In this document: positions 20,243 through 30,296 of the stretch, one piece after another
Layout of the letters: every line of letters starts with the position of its first letter
How positions within the stretch are numbered: position 1 is the stretch's first letter
Origin: Andalucia godoyi And28
Lineage: Eukaryota; Protista; Jakobida
Direction of reading: 5' to 3'
DNA length: 64,000 bases
Assembly (NCBI GenBank): GCA_009859145.1
Contig: VRVR01000060.1
Coordinates: forward strand, 62,001-126,000
Position numbers and translations under genes: made by a program
The notes under the pieces: generated by a model
Databases searched by the model: none
What the model was told of the DNA's origin: nothing
The model's input: only the letters and a program-made list of their open reading frames with translations

Positions 20243-21325
20243 ATGACAAATCCGCACCAAGCAACGCCGCAAGACCAAGCACAATGGAAGGCCATGCTTC
20301 CCGACTGCATCTTGCATCGAGCAATTCGGTCCGCACCAAAGACACACGATGTGGACCTGTGCAACGTCGAAAAGTGGACAGCCGTTTTTGGGTACGTCCG
20401 TGCTTCGACGACGCTCCAGGAGCACAGTTGCGACATCCAGGAAGCAGCGATTCGTCGCTATGCTACAGAGCACCTGCACCTGCGCGTTCGCTTCGTGTTT
20501 CGCGACGACGGAATCTCCGGAGCACAGGACGAAACCAAAAGACCAGGACTTGCCAGGCTGCTGCATCACCTTCGTCCAGGGTACGTCGTGATCGTCTCGG
20601 AGGTGAGTCGATTGGCAAGAAGCATTCCCATTGCCGTTCGCTTGATGGACCAGATCACAAAAGCACAGTGCCGGTTCATCGAACTGCGAACGGGGCTTGA
20701 CACGCTGCAGCCGGGCTCGGCGACATTCTTGACAATGAACGCCTCGTGGGCGCAGACCGAACGAGAACACTTGCGACAGCGTGTCAAAAACGGGATGGCA
20801 CACGCGAAAAGCAAAGGCCTCGTGTACCATCGTCCGCCGTACGGATACAAAGTCGATAAGACAACACACACGTTCGTCAAGGATCCGGAAATCTGGCCTG
20901 TGGTGGAGCGGATACTCGAAATGCGACGCTCGTCCATGTCCTACGCCGCGATTGCAGAGGGCTTGGAGTACATGAGCGATCTGGGGCCTCCGAAAGCACC
21001 AGGCGGAGCAAAGCGATGGCAGTCGGGTACGATTCGAGTCATCTGCCAACGAGAGATGGGAGCCGATGTTGCTCGCGAGTGCGGCAGAGCAAAAACGGAG
21101 GCACCGCAAGACGAAGAGTTGGACGAGTGTGACGAAGAGCCAGAGAAGGAGGAGACGAGTCAAGCAGCAGACGCAAACACGGAAGCGTTGGACGAAAAAC
21201 CGCTCGCCGTCTTGCGCGCCATGGTGTTCCAGCGATCCCTTTCACTGGGATTGTCCGACAAAGAATGCAGATCTTTAACAAAGGAGGATTGCGTCTCCTT
21301 GCTGAAGTACACGGCATGTACTTGA
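20243..21325 (+). CDS. Serine recombinase: resolvase catalytic domain, recombinase-type DNA-binding domain, acidic tail (360 aa)
   Basis: VFGYVRAST (catalytic Ser), DDGISG, RPGLARLL, VSEVSRLARS, AQTEREHLRQRVKNG, then PPYGY...DPEIWPVVERI...SYAAIA...WQSGTIRVI. Confidence 0.93.
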   Translation: MTNPHQATPQDQAQWKAMLPDCILHRAIRSAPKTHDVDLCNVEKWTAVFGYVRASTTLQEHSCDIQEAAIRRYATEHLHLRVRFVFRDDGISGAQDETKRPGLARLLHHLRPGYVVIVSEVSRLARSIPIAVRLMDQITKAQCRFIELRTGLDTLQPGSATFLTMNASWAQTEREHLRQRVKNGMAHAKSKGLVYHRPPYGYKVDKTTHTFVKDPEIWPVVERILEMRRSSMSYAAIAEGLEYMSDLGPPKAPGGAKRWQSGTIRVICQREMGADVARECGRAKTEAPQDEELDECDEEPEKEETSQAADANTEALDEKPLAVLRAMVFQRSLSLGLSDKECRSLTKEDCVSLLKYTACT

Positions 21326-21611
21326 CGAAAAAAGGAAGCCGCATTCACATTCCTACACCCCGTCGGAAACTTGCAATCCAACAAAGTCGAAAACACAATC
21401 TTGCTTGCTGACCGAAGAAAAAAAAACCCTGGAGTGTTCTGCTCCCGTTCGTTCGCCGTACCGAACGCACAATTAAGAAATGACCGCCGTTTTGGATTCG
21501 AGAACCGCAGCGCATGCGAAAGAACTGCACCTTCTCCAGCGCTCTCTGTGTGCGGTTGCCGAAACCCGTTCGCAAATCCCGGTGCTCTCGTTCGAACGGC
21601 TGAATACCATT

Positions 21612-22157
21612 CTAGACAGCGTCTTCAAGAAGACAACTGGCTGTCAGCGGTCTCCGTACAAGACATGTTTGGAGGAGAGCGAATGTCTTGTGCCGGGGGA
21701 TCATTTGCATGATCGCTTGTGCAAGTGGATTCGATCCAGCCTCTGTCTGCTGTTTGCGGGATGCCGGTGCAGCTTTGTTCTTTTCAAACAGTTTGTCGAG
21801 GAGTGCCATGCGCTGGCGACACACGTTGAAACGCTGTTGGTCCACGCTGGTTGTCGTGTCGATGCCAAGTTCTTCTGGCCCGCTGGATTCCTTCTCAGCT
21901 TGACGGAATGACACTGTTATGTCCAGAATTGCAATCTTGGTGTCGTCAGGAAGCGCTGGAAGAACCGACGAGCCGGTTGAAAGACAGGGACTGCAAAAAA
22001 CATCGAACACGCAGTAAAAACGTACGACAATCAGATAAGCTCTCACTCTCTTTACTGCAACGTCATTTGGAACACAAAGGAATGAACGTTCCCATCTCTG
22101 CAGAATTCGCCTTTTCATTTTCATTTCGCAACACGAGGAAATATCTCCCACGCGCAT
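21612..22157 (-). CDS. Hypothetical helical protein in IR arm; true start uncertain
   Basis: 181-codon ORF whose C-terminal two-thirds looks protein-like (QQRFNVCRQRMALLDKLFEKNK); no motif recognised. Confidence 0.3.
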   Translation of the reverse strand: MRVGDISSCCEMKMKRRILQRWERSFLCVPNDVAVKRVRAYLIVVRFYCVFDVFCSPCLSTGSSVLPALPDDTKIAILDITVSFRQAEKESSGPEELGIDTTTSVDQQRFNVCRQRMALLDKLFEKNKAAPASRKQQTEAGSNPLAQAIMQMIPRHKTFALLQTCLVRRPLTASCLLEDAV

Positions 22158-22382
22158 CTTGCGGAACGCACATTCCCAGCATCAACAGCCAGGGAGCAAA
22201 GCAGCAGAGATGAAAAGGCACTCGCCAAAGAACGCGGATGGAGGTGTGTCATTCCTTCAGCAACGTAGGTGCGTCCGCAGTAGCAGACACCTGGCGTCTC
22301 ACGTCTGCCCAGAAAAAAAGGCATTTCTGCGCATAACGACAACATGCAAGCATTTTTAATTCGCAGTTGGAAAGAGTTTACA

Positions 22383-23078
22383 TTAGATATCCATGTAACG
22401 CAAAAGTTGCTGTCCGAGGGCCCTGCAACGACGTCTTTCGTAATCTCGACCATCGCGTGCGCCTGCTTCGCGCAACAACTCGAGCAACTCCGTGCACATG
22501 GCGCGAACAGCCACAACGTCATCCCGGCTGACCAACCGCGCCCGGAGCTGTGAAAAGAGCTCGTCGACAATCAGGTTCTGTTCATCGACTTCCTCGTCCG
22601 TGTCGTCCTCCGCAATTTCGCCTTCGTCCGTCTCCTGCTGGTACTCGGAGCCGTCACTCGTCGAAGAGAGATCGCTGTCATCGCTGTCCCCGTCGTCGTC
22701 CCCATCGTCGTCGTCGTCGTGCATCGGTTCCGCATCCCCGTCCTCAGCAACACCACGGTCTGCTGCAACGTGCCGCTGGTACGACTCCAAGACCATCCGA
22801 ACACTGCGAGCATTCCAGCCATGTCGGGGCGTCGCAAGATGCAGCAGCTCGTCCCAGTCCTGTGTGGCGTCCGCAATATCTTCGACAGTGAGACCATTCA
22901 CAGCCAATGACGCCATGCGCTCGACAATCGCAAACTCCTCGGGACGAGGAACGCGCTGGCCGGTCGAATCAAGCATAAAGCCGAAATCAGATGTTGTTGC
23001 GTTTGACGTCATGAGACAGAAGGATTTGTTTGGGATTGTTGCTATCGTTCTTCCGGAGCGCACCGCAGGAAACGCCAT
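22383..23078 (-). CDS. Stand-alone recombinase-type DNA-binding-domain protein with no catalytic domain, acidic linker
   Basis: DFGFMLDSTGQRVPRPEEFAIVERMASLAVNGLTVEDIAD...WNARSVRMVLE aligns with the C-terminal domain of the neighbouring recombinase; no YxRxS motif; ATG at 23078. Confidence 0.75.
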   Translation of the reverse strand: MAFPAVRSGRTIATIPNKSFCLMTSNATTSDFGFMLDSTGQRVPRPEEFAIVERMASLAVNGLTVEDIADATQDWDELLHLATPRHGWNARSVRMVLESYQRHVAADRGVAEDGDAEPMHDDDDDGDDDGDSDDSDLSSTSDGSEYQQETDEGEIAEDDTDEEVDEQNLIVDELFSQLRARLVSRDDVVAVRAMCTELLELLREAGARDGRDYERRRCRALGQQLLRYMDI

Positions 23079-24654
23079 CTGGGTTTTTTGGTTTTTGCTT
23101 CGCGAAAGCAAATGCGTCAACGCACATCAATTCCCTTTCTGAAGCAAAAAAACCCACACGAGACGGCGGCACGAAGCAAATCAACGGTGGCGAACGATGG
23201 AGCGTTGAATAGTAGAAGAACGATCGGTTCCATTAAAAGAGCGAACCGTCTCTCTTGAAAAACGCTTCTTGATTATCGAATGGAGCCAACGAACAGCGCA
23301 GAGCGTGTCTAAAGAAGACGAACAACAAGGTTTTAACATGACAGTGAGCGTGCATGACAAGCAGGCCGCAGGAACGAGCCGAAGACGAATCTGCATTCGC
23401 GTCTCCGCAAATCAAAACAGCAACGACGCTTTCCGAAGACACGCAGAGGGACCACTGCTCGTCTCCAGTTGCGGATTGTTCGCTACCCTCTGTTCTCTAT
23501 TGAGAATTCCTCGATGCGCTATGGACCTTGAGCACTTCGCAGTCGCCACGGTCACCGTGGCAACGACGCAACAGCGCGTTCCTAATGCTCAGAGCCGCAC
23601 GAACGACCGGTCGCGACAGACGCTGACTTGCAGCCCCGGCCTCCAACAAGAAACTCGCAGATCAGTGCATCTCGATTTCAATTGAAGACTATCCAGTGAA
23701 AGTCGCTACAGGATAGCAAAATTTGAGCTTGCTACGATCCCAGCCAGAACGGAGAAAAAACTTTCTGGGTTTTTTTCGCGACGGAGGTTGATGGGGGTTG
23801 ATGGATCCGAGCCGGAAAGTATCCGCTCTGTAGGACCAGTTTTTCCTTTCGAAACGAGAATTGCGTTGACAAGTGGCGACTATCTCTTTTCCAACCCAGT
23901 TCGTACGAAAGATGGGAAAAACCCATCATCGCGACATCCAGGAATGTTTGCTTCGTTTATTTGCCAGTTACGAAACCCGGTCGTTCGTCATTCTCACAGA
24001 CACGTCGAGATAGTGAGTGCTTCCTCCGCTCTCGCAGCAGAGCGCCGGAAGTTCGAGGATTTCTTGCTGTGTTTTCTTTCCTGTGTTTTCGAACGGCTGC
24101 CGGTCTCAAACCTTGCGGGATACAATTGTTCGCCGTGGGCTTTTGCCTCGATCAATCACGAGGGAACTCCGTAGCTGCGACGGGGTCATCGAAGTCGGCT
24201 CCGATACGAACCAATTCTCGGTACAAGGGTGCCGCGTCCTCGTTCTCTTCATGAATGGAGACGCAATCAGCGGAGATGTTGGTAGCGGGAGCGTTGTCCT
24301 CCACGCTTCCCGCAACAGGCGGATCGTTATGGAAAACGTGGGGGATCGGTATTGTTGTCAATTGACGGTTTTGCATCGAGAGAAAAGGACTTCTTCTTGA
24401 TGCTCTTTTTATTGTTTGAAAAGTTCTGGCAAAAGATGCTGCCACTTTCGTTGCGGAGTGGTCAGTTGTTTTTTCGTTCCTTGATAGCGTGTGGAGCCGT
24501 TGGTCAGCAATGCGCAAGGGAAGTAGCTGTTTGTGAGGCAGGACTTTCCGTTTCCAGATGAAGATGGATGAACCAAACATTGAAAAGATTCAAAGAATTG
24601 GAAAAGTTGATTGAAAAAAAGGGAGCGATGGGAGCAAATCAATCCGTTTCCATT

Positions 24655-27324
24655 TTACCGAACGTCCGCCGTCACATACATATTCCGCATCTCCGCGCGT
24701 TCGAACCGCGCCAGATCCACGAGCAGCGACTTTGCCTCCTCGGGGTTCAGCCGACACAGGTCGAGCACAATTGTCTGGAACTCCTGCGGAAACGCTGCGA
24801 GACGCTCTTCTGCAGACGTTGTCCAGCACTTCCCACACAACGTCTTCAGCCACTCAGGGACGTTCGAATCGGAAGGCCACGTTGGCTTGTCCCCGTCGCG
24901 GACTCGGTGCTCGGCATCGCGGTCGTCTTCTTCCTCGTAGAATGGAGTCTTCCCCGTCGCACACTCGTACAACACATGGCCGTATCCCCACAAATCATGC
25001 GACACCGATTGCTGGTACTTCATTCGCACGGTCTTGCTGCCAAAATACTCCGGCGATGCGTACCGCGACGTCGGTCGAAACTCCCCCGTCACGCCGATCG
25101 GGATCGTGTGTTTCTGATTGTACTCTGAGAAATCGGCAGTCCCGAGATCGCCAACCTTCACGATCTCCTTGCCGTTCTCATCACGACAAACGAGAAAATT
25201 GCACGCCTTGACGTCGCGATGTACAAATCCTGCAGAACGCACGGCAGACAATCCCAGCGCCACTTGCAGCGCAATGCGAAAGAGAACACTCTCTGATCGT
25301 TTGTCTTCCTCAAGAAGACGCTTGCTGAACGTCGAAAGATCGCCCAATGGACACAACTGCAGTAGCACGCCAGCGACATCATTCGTTCCGGGCTGCACCA
25401 CAAGTCCGATCGGATGCACCACATTTGGACTCGAGAGGGCGCGAAGCGCTTCGTACTCATTTCGCAGAGATTCAAACGCAGCTTGACGACGGGGTTCCAA
25501 TCCCGGAATCACAGATCCGTTCGCCTTCACAATCGGTCGGAACACCGGTTCTTTGAAAGCTGCATCGCGGCTCTCAACAACACACTGGTGTACCACTCCC
25601 TGACCTCCGTATGCAAGCATCTCGCTGACTTGCAGAGAGTCGACTGAAAACGTTTGGTCCACTGCTATCGGTTTTAGCGACTGCTTCAGTTCTTTCAAAG
25701 AAGCCTCCTGCGATTCATGGAGACTCGACAGCGAGGCCTGAATCGTTTCTGCAGATCCGCGTGTGTCCAGCTTCGAAACCGAGAACTCCAGATCAAATCG
25801 GAGGCGATCGATTGTGGACTCGAGCGACGAGATGTACGAACGAAGGGATTTGGAAAGTTCATCTGCTTCGGCAACCTTTGATTGGGCAGTTTTCTGAAGG
25901 TTAGTCAGCGCTTCTTGTTCCTTCTCCGCGAGTTGACGGAGACTCGCTTCTGCACTGCGCAACGTGCTCGCGCCTTCGCCAAAGACGCATTGAGTATCAG
26001 AGTCGGACGTGATCGCAAGCAGCGTTGATTCCGTGAATGTCTTTCCCTTGGCAACATCATTCCACACCAACTGGCCGTTCTCAATGATGAATGCTTTCCC
26101 ATTTGCTTGCTCGCCCATGATGATGGAGTCCGTGTAGAACGACATCCATTGGACGTCTGGCAAATTCAAGTTGACAGTGTTGACACACTGATCGCGCTGC
26201 CAAATGTTGAGCTCTCCGTTTTCATGAACAGTGGCAAAATGATCGGAATCGTCGGAGACTGCAAGAGCGATGGCAGGAGACGGGGAAGTTATCTTGTATT
26301 GCAGTTTCTCAGGAAGACTCCACACTTTCACCGTCTGGTCACTCGACGCCGATGCGATGCGCTTGCCGTCTGGCGAGAATGCAACGTCCCAAACACGCTC
26401 CGAATGCCCAGTCAGCGTCTGGATGCACTGGCCATCCTGCCACACTTTCACCGTCTTGTCATCAGATCCCGATACAATGCGCTTGCCGTCGGGCGAGAAC
26501 GCAACACCATAAACATAGCTTGAATGTCCACTCAGCGTCTGGATGCACTGACCATCTTGCCACACTTTCACCGTGTTGTCGTTCGATCCCGATACAATGC
26601 GCTTGCCGTCCGGCGAGAATGCGACACCAAAAACAGTGTCCGAATGACCACTCAGCGTCTGAATGCACTGACCATCTTGCCACACTTTCACCGTCGTGTC
26701 GCGCGATGCCGATGCAATGCGCTTGCCGTCCGGCGAGAATGCAACACCACAAACATAGTTCGAATGACCACTCAGGGTCTGGATGCACTGCCCATCTTGC
26801 CACACTTTCACCGTCGTGTCGCGCGATGCCGATGCAATGCGCTTGCCGTCCGGCGAGAAAGCAACACCATGCACATAGCTCGAATGTCCACTCAGCGTCT
26901 GGATGCACTGGCCATCTTCCCACACGTTCACCGTCTTGTCGTCCGATGCAGATGCAATGCGCTTGCCGTCCGGCGAGAAAGCAACACCATGCACATAGCT
27001 CAAATGTCCACTCAGCGTCTGGATGCACTGACCATCTTGCCACACTTTCACCGTGTTGTCGTACGATCCAGATGCAATGCGCTTGCCGTCGGGTGAGAAG
27101 GCAACACAACGAACATAGCTCAAATGTCCACTCAGCGTCTGGATGCACTGGAATTCTTTATCACCTTTTGCGCTGGCATAGACCACAATTTCGTTGTTCT
27201 CATTTGCCACATACCGATGAGTCGCAGTCTCCCATTCTCGGAAACTGTTCTCGACATTAAGCGTTGGAAACAGACATTTCTTCTTCAGTACCTGAAGAAC
27301 ATCAGACAATCGCTGTTCCTTCAT
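24655..27324 (-). CDS. WD40 (7 near-identical 40-aa repeats) - coiled coil - protein kinase, copy K1 (889 aa)
   Basis: Repeats QCIQTLSGHxxxVxxVAFSPDGKRIxSxSxDxTVKVWQDG; kinase motifs YGGQG, FKEP, HRDVKACN, DLG, YASPE, HDLWGYG. Confidence 0.95.
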   Translation of the reverse strand: MKEQRLSDVLQVLKKKCLFPTLNVENSFREWETATHRYVANENNEIVVYASAKGDKEFQCIQTLSGHLSYVRCVAFSPDGKRIASGSYDNTVKVWQDGQCIQTLSGHLSYVHGVAFSPDGKRIASASDDKTVNVWEDGQCIQTLSGHSSYVHGVAFSPDGKRIASASRDTTVKVWQDGQCIQTLSGHSNYVCGVAFSPDGKRIASASRDTTVKVWQDGQCIQTLSGHSDTVFGVAFSPDGKRIVSGSNDNTVKVWQDGQCIQTLSGHSSYVYGVAFSPDGKRIVSGSDDKTVKVWQDGQCIQTLTGHSERVWDVAFSPDGKRIASASSDQTVKVWSLPEKLQYKITSPSPAIALAVSDDSDHFATVHENGELNIWQRDQCVNTVNLNLPDVQWMSFYTDSIIMGEQANGKAFIIENGQLVWNDVAKGKTFTESTLLAITSDSDTQCVFGEGASTLRSAEASLRQLAEKEQEALTNLQKTAQSKVAEADELSKSLRSYISSLESTIDRLRFDLEFSVSKLDTRGSAETIQASLSSLHESQEASLKELKQSLKPIAVDQTFSVDSLQVSEMLAYGGQGVVHQCVVESRDAAFKEPVFRPIVKANGSVIPGLEPRRQAAFESLRNEYEALRALSSPNVVHPIGLVVQPGTNDVAGVLLQLCPLGDLSTFSKRLLEEDKRSESVLFRIALQVALGLSAVRSAGFVHRDVKACNFLVCRDENGKEIVKVGDLGTADFSEYNQKHTIPIGVTGEFRPTSRYASPEYFGSKTVRMKYQQSVSHDLWGYGHVLYECATGKTPFYEEEDDRDAEHRVRDGDKPTWPSDSNVPEWLKTLCGKCWTTSAEERLAAFPQEFQTIVLDLCRLNPEEAKSLLVDLARFERAEMRNMYVTADVR
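26311..27150 (-). repeat. 7 x 120-bp coding tandem repeat (WD40 array of K1)
   Basis: 120-bp periodicity visible directly in the DNA. Confidence 0.95.
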
Positions 27325-27608
27325 TGCGAAAGTGGTGAAGCGTACGATGCGGAAAAAGAAAAGAAGAAAGGATGCAGAAAATGGTGGAAAACAGAATCAC
27401 CGAGAGAAAATCCGACAGGGATTCATGTCCCATCCACATTCCGTCGTCGTTTGTCGACGACGAAAAACAGTGTGCTCGAAGATTGCTGCATCAATTGACG
27501 CGCTGCCACGAAGAGTGAATCGCTGCTGCGGATCGTCTTCCATTTTCACGAGCAGTTCGGCTTTTCTTGGATCCTGTTTGTGAAGTTTATGTTCACCGCA
27601 ACGAAAAA

Positions 27609-28424
27609 ATGGGATCGAGCGGCAGTCGACACGCGTCTTCTGACAACCAAGAATATAGCCAAGCAATCGCACGATTGTCTCCGCTGGAAGGAGACCACTG
27701 GAGACGCGTTGCGGAAGCGCAGGATTCGCTGCAGTGGCTCCGACAAGAGTACTTGCGTGTCGTTGATGAGAACCGTCTTCTTCGCGCAGAACTCTCTGAA
27801 TTGCAGCATCGAGGCCCTGCAACGGCGAGTCATCAATATTCCAATGCATTCTCTCCGTACCCTTCGAGAGTCAATCAAAGAAATGAATTAATCGGTTCTT
27901 TTCGATCTCAACCCCCGGAAATTCTGTTCAAAGCCTGTGTTCACGTGATGACAAACACATCTACGGATCCCGTCGTGGATGCGATTGTAAAATACGTGTT
28001 GGGGAAGATTGAAAACAATGCAGTCGCAGAGTTGCAGTCGAAGCACAAGCCAAAGATCGCTCGGTTTTCGATCGTGAAACTGGAAGGTGGCCGTGCCGGG
28101 GCTTCTGGTCTGCGAATGTTGTTTTTCCGGAAATCGTCTCGAGTGGATCCCAAGCATGTGTCAAGTTTGCTTCAAACGGCACAACAATCTCCGCGAACGG
28201 TGCTGATTGTCTTGCATTATGGCCGGGAAGAAAATGCCGAGCATCACTTGGAAGATGAAATGAAGAAATTGGGAGTTGTCCTCTTGAATCTGTCTTTCGA
28301 TTCTGCGCTTCCTGCGGAATTCGGGCACCTGGCGGATATTCCATCAAATTCCCAAGCAATTGGCGAATTGACCAAAAGTGTACTTGCCGTGACATCTGCT
28401 GCGGATGGCTCAACAAGAACCTGA
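27609..28424 (+). CDS. Hypothetical protein with predicted N-myristoylation signal, coiled coil and alpha/beta C-terminal domain
   Basis: ATG 27609 gives MGSSGS (M-G-x-x-x-S); heptad segment LQWLRQEYLRVVDENRLLRAELSELQ; ORF track start 27567. Confidence 0.7.
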   Translation: MGSSGSRHASSDNQEYSQAIARLSPLEGDHWRRVAEAQDSLQWLRQEYLRVVDENRLLRAELSELQHRGPATASHQYSNAFSPYPSRVNQRNELIGSFRSQPPEILFKACVHVMTNTSTDPVVDAIVKYVLGKIENNAVAELQSKHKPKIARFSIVKLEGGRAGASGLRMLFFRKSSRVDPKHVSSLLQTAQQSPRTVLIVLHYGREENAEHHLEDEMKKLGVVLLNLSFDSALPAEFGHLADIPSNSQAIGELTKSVLAVTSAADGSTRT

Positions 28425-28515
28425 ATTCGCAATTGCTTTCGGAACCACATGCCTGGCAACGTATAAAATAAGCAAACAGACACAAACAAACAAATTTACG
28501 GCGCACAAACAACGG

Positions 28516-29970
28516 TTACGATGCAGCAGATTTTTGAGCAGCAACGTATTGACCAGAAGAAAGCCAATTGTCGAATAATCCACGAATAAGCGGCTTCATG
28601 TCCAACAGCACGTTCATTGCGACACAATCTATTGCGGGATACGTCTTGTATTCGGACGAGTAGCAGCGCACTACGTAAAGCGAATTCAAATTCAGTCCAG
28701 TGTGTTTGCCGATGCTCTCCCGCAACTTTGCGAGACGAGCACTGGAATAGCATTGCCAAGTGCTGGCAGCGGTCTTGAGCAAATCCTGGTCATACTTGTC
28801 AATTTTCGTTATCACAATGCAAACGTGGAGTTGGCCCTCGCAACGACGACGAGCGTAATTGGTAAGCTTCCCAATTCGCTTGCAGTAATCCACGTTTTCC
28901 GCGTCTTCTGCCGATGCGCAAACGCACATGACGTGCATCCGGTCAACTACACTGGGCGAGGAATTCATGGAAGACGCCGGAATCGGAGACTGGTCCAGAC
29001 GGGTTCCCGATTTCAGTTTCCCGTCCAAAATGAGTCCCAATTTCTCGTAGTATTCTGGATCGTCCTCGTCTTCGTATCCCATCGTATCCCACAAACGAAA
29101 TGGAAACGTTCCTTCTTCTTCCGCACCTACGTTGAAACCAACAAGCGTCTTGCTAACGGAAGTACTTTGGGACGCCATGGAAAGCTGAGACAGCACCAGT
29201 TCGTACTTTGCACAACTATCAATCGTGCTCACGAACGAGGACTTACCAGCACCGACATGTCCCACGAGCAGAATGTTGATCCGGTCGATTCCAAGCTTTG
29301 CACGTTCTCGATGCAGGAAGTGGCGCAAGGACTCCCGAAGTTCTTCACAGTGAACCTTGAGATCGATGTCCTTGTCGAGTTCCTCGTGCGCAAACGGCTC
29401 GGAAATTGTGGGTGGAGGGGCAGGAGGCGGTACGGTCACAACCGTTGCCTCAAACACGTAAACCGCATTCGGAGTGGATGACTTCAGAATTGTCCAGAAA
29501 TCACTGTTGCCATTCGAATGCTTGTAAGAGTTAGATTGGCCCGAGACGTTCCAAGAAGTATTCTGGAATATAAGCAACTCATGTCCAGCTCCAAAAGTAG
29601 GCCCGTAAGTGGCATTATCTAGAAATGCATGCTGAGAAACGGTTACAGGATAAGACAGACGATGTTCTGAACCGCTAGCATTTCGCAGGACGAACAGAAA
29701 CGCCTTTGCGTCTGGAAGCCATGCACCACTTGAACCATTTGGACCAACAGAAGTGTATCCACCAAGCATTGCACCGTTGTTTAGCTTCAACACACAGAGC
29801 TGTGCACCCTTATTGTTGCATTTCGTGTGGTAGACAGAGGAATTCAAAGAATCCTTCGGTGAAGCGTAAAGTTCTGCAAATGCAAGCGTCTCTTTCGCGC
29901 CGTTTCCGCGAATTGTTTGCGTGAGAAAGGAGATGTCCTCCTTTGAAAGAATGGGGTGTGTAGACGTCAT
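28516..29970 (-). CDS. TLDc domain plus P-loop GTPase, IFI44/IFI44L-like architecture
   Basis: TLDc: YHTKCNNKG, LGGYTS, DAKAFLF, YGPTFGAG. GTPase: INILLVGHVGAGKSSF (G1), LWDTMG (G3), ITKID (G4). Probable start MTSTHP at 29970; ORF track start 30216. Confidence 0.85.
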   Translation of the reverse strand: MTSTHPILSKEDISFLTQTIRGNGAKETLAFAELYASPKDSLNSSVYHTKCNNKGAQLCVLKLNNGAMLGGYTSVGPNGSSGAWLPDAKAFLFVLRNASGSEHRLSYPVTVSQHAFLDNATYGPTFGAGHELLIFQNTSWNVSGQSNSYKHSNGNSDFWTILKSSTPNAVYVFEATVVTVPPPAPPPTISEPFAHEELDKDIDLKVHCEELRESLRHFLHRERAKLGIDRINILLVGHVGAGKSSFVSTIDSCAKYELVLSQLSMASQSTSVSKTLVGFNVGAEEEGTFPFRLWDTMGYEDEDDPEYYEKLGLILDGKLKSGTRLDQSPIPASSMNSSPSVVDRMHVMCVCASAEDAENVDYCKRIGKLTNYARRRCEGQLHVCIVITKIDKYDQDLLKTAASTWQCYSSARLAKLRESIGKHTGLNLNSLYVVRCYSSEYKTYPAIDCVAMNVLLDMKPLIRGLFDNWLSSGQYVAAQKSAAS

Positions 29971-30296
29971 GCTGCAAGGACCGATGAATACACAACAAAT
30001 AAAGCAGAAAAAAGAAAAAGAAAGAAATAAAGGACAGAAAGAAAGGAAGAAGAATGCTTTCGCGTGGGGACAGCTCATGCGAGCCTGACAGACTCTGACC
30101 GACTGACTTCGCATTGCGTTCAATTTGTGCTTTCTGCAGCCGTTCCAGAGTCCAGACAGAATGAAGTCTGCATTGGCAGCAAAATACTCGGCAGTCTTTC
30201 CAGGACGAATTTCCATTTCCCGTCCTCGTCCCCTTTGTTTTTACTAAGTTTTGATTTTCTTCTTCTTCTTCTCCTACTTTTTCCTGGCGCATCATA

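Larger units (their letters stand above)
17611..25845. repeat. Left arm of large inverted repeat (at least 8235 bp; outer end not visible)
   Basis: Track ORFs in the arm have identical mirror ORFs with coordinate sum 81611. 17611-17620 TTCGATGCTG is the reverse complement of 63991-64000. First inner mismatch seen at 25846/55765. Confidence 0.97.

Noticed and set aside
20243-21325. IS607 / TnpB-Fanzor element
   Set aside because: The recombinase has no N-terminal MerR-like HTH, has a C-terminal recombinase domain instead, and no RuvC-type TnpB/Fanzor ORF is adjacent.
23120-24600. Several 65-142 aa ORFs in the IR arm (and mirror 57000-58490), plus those at 17520-19480
   Set aside because: Overlapping short frames with no recognisable motif; duplication in the arms gives no independent evidence of coding.
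26352-27260. Long alternative-frame and antisense ORFs over the WD40 arrays (also 34953-35819, 46916-48157, 53906-55000) and over the recombinase (20240-21163, 60448-61371)
   Set aside because: Shadow frames of real genes; no independent motifs.
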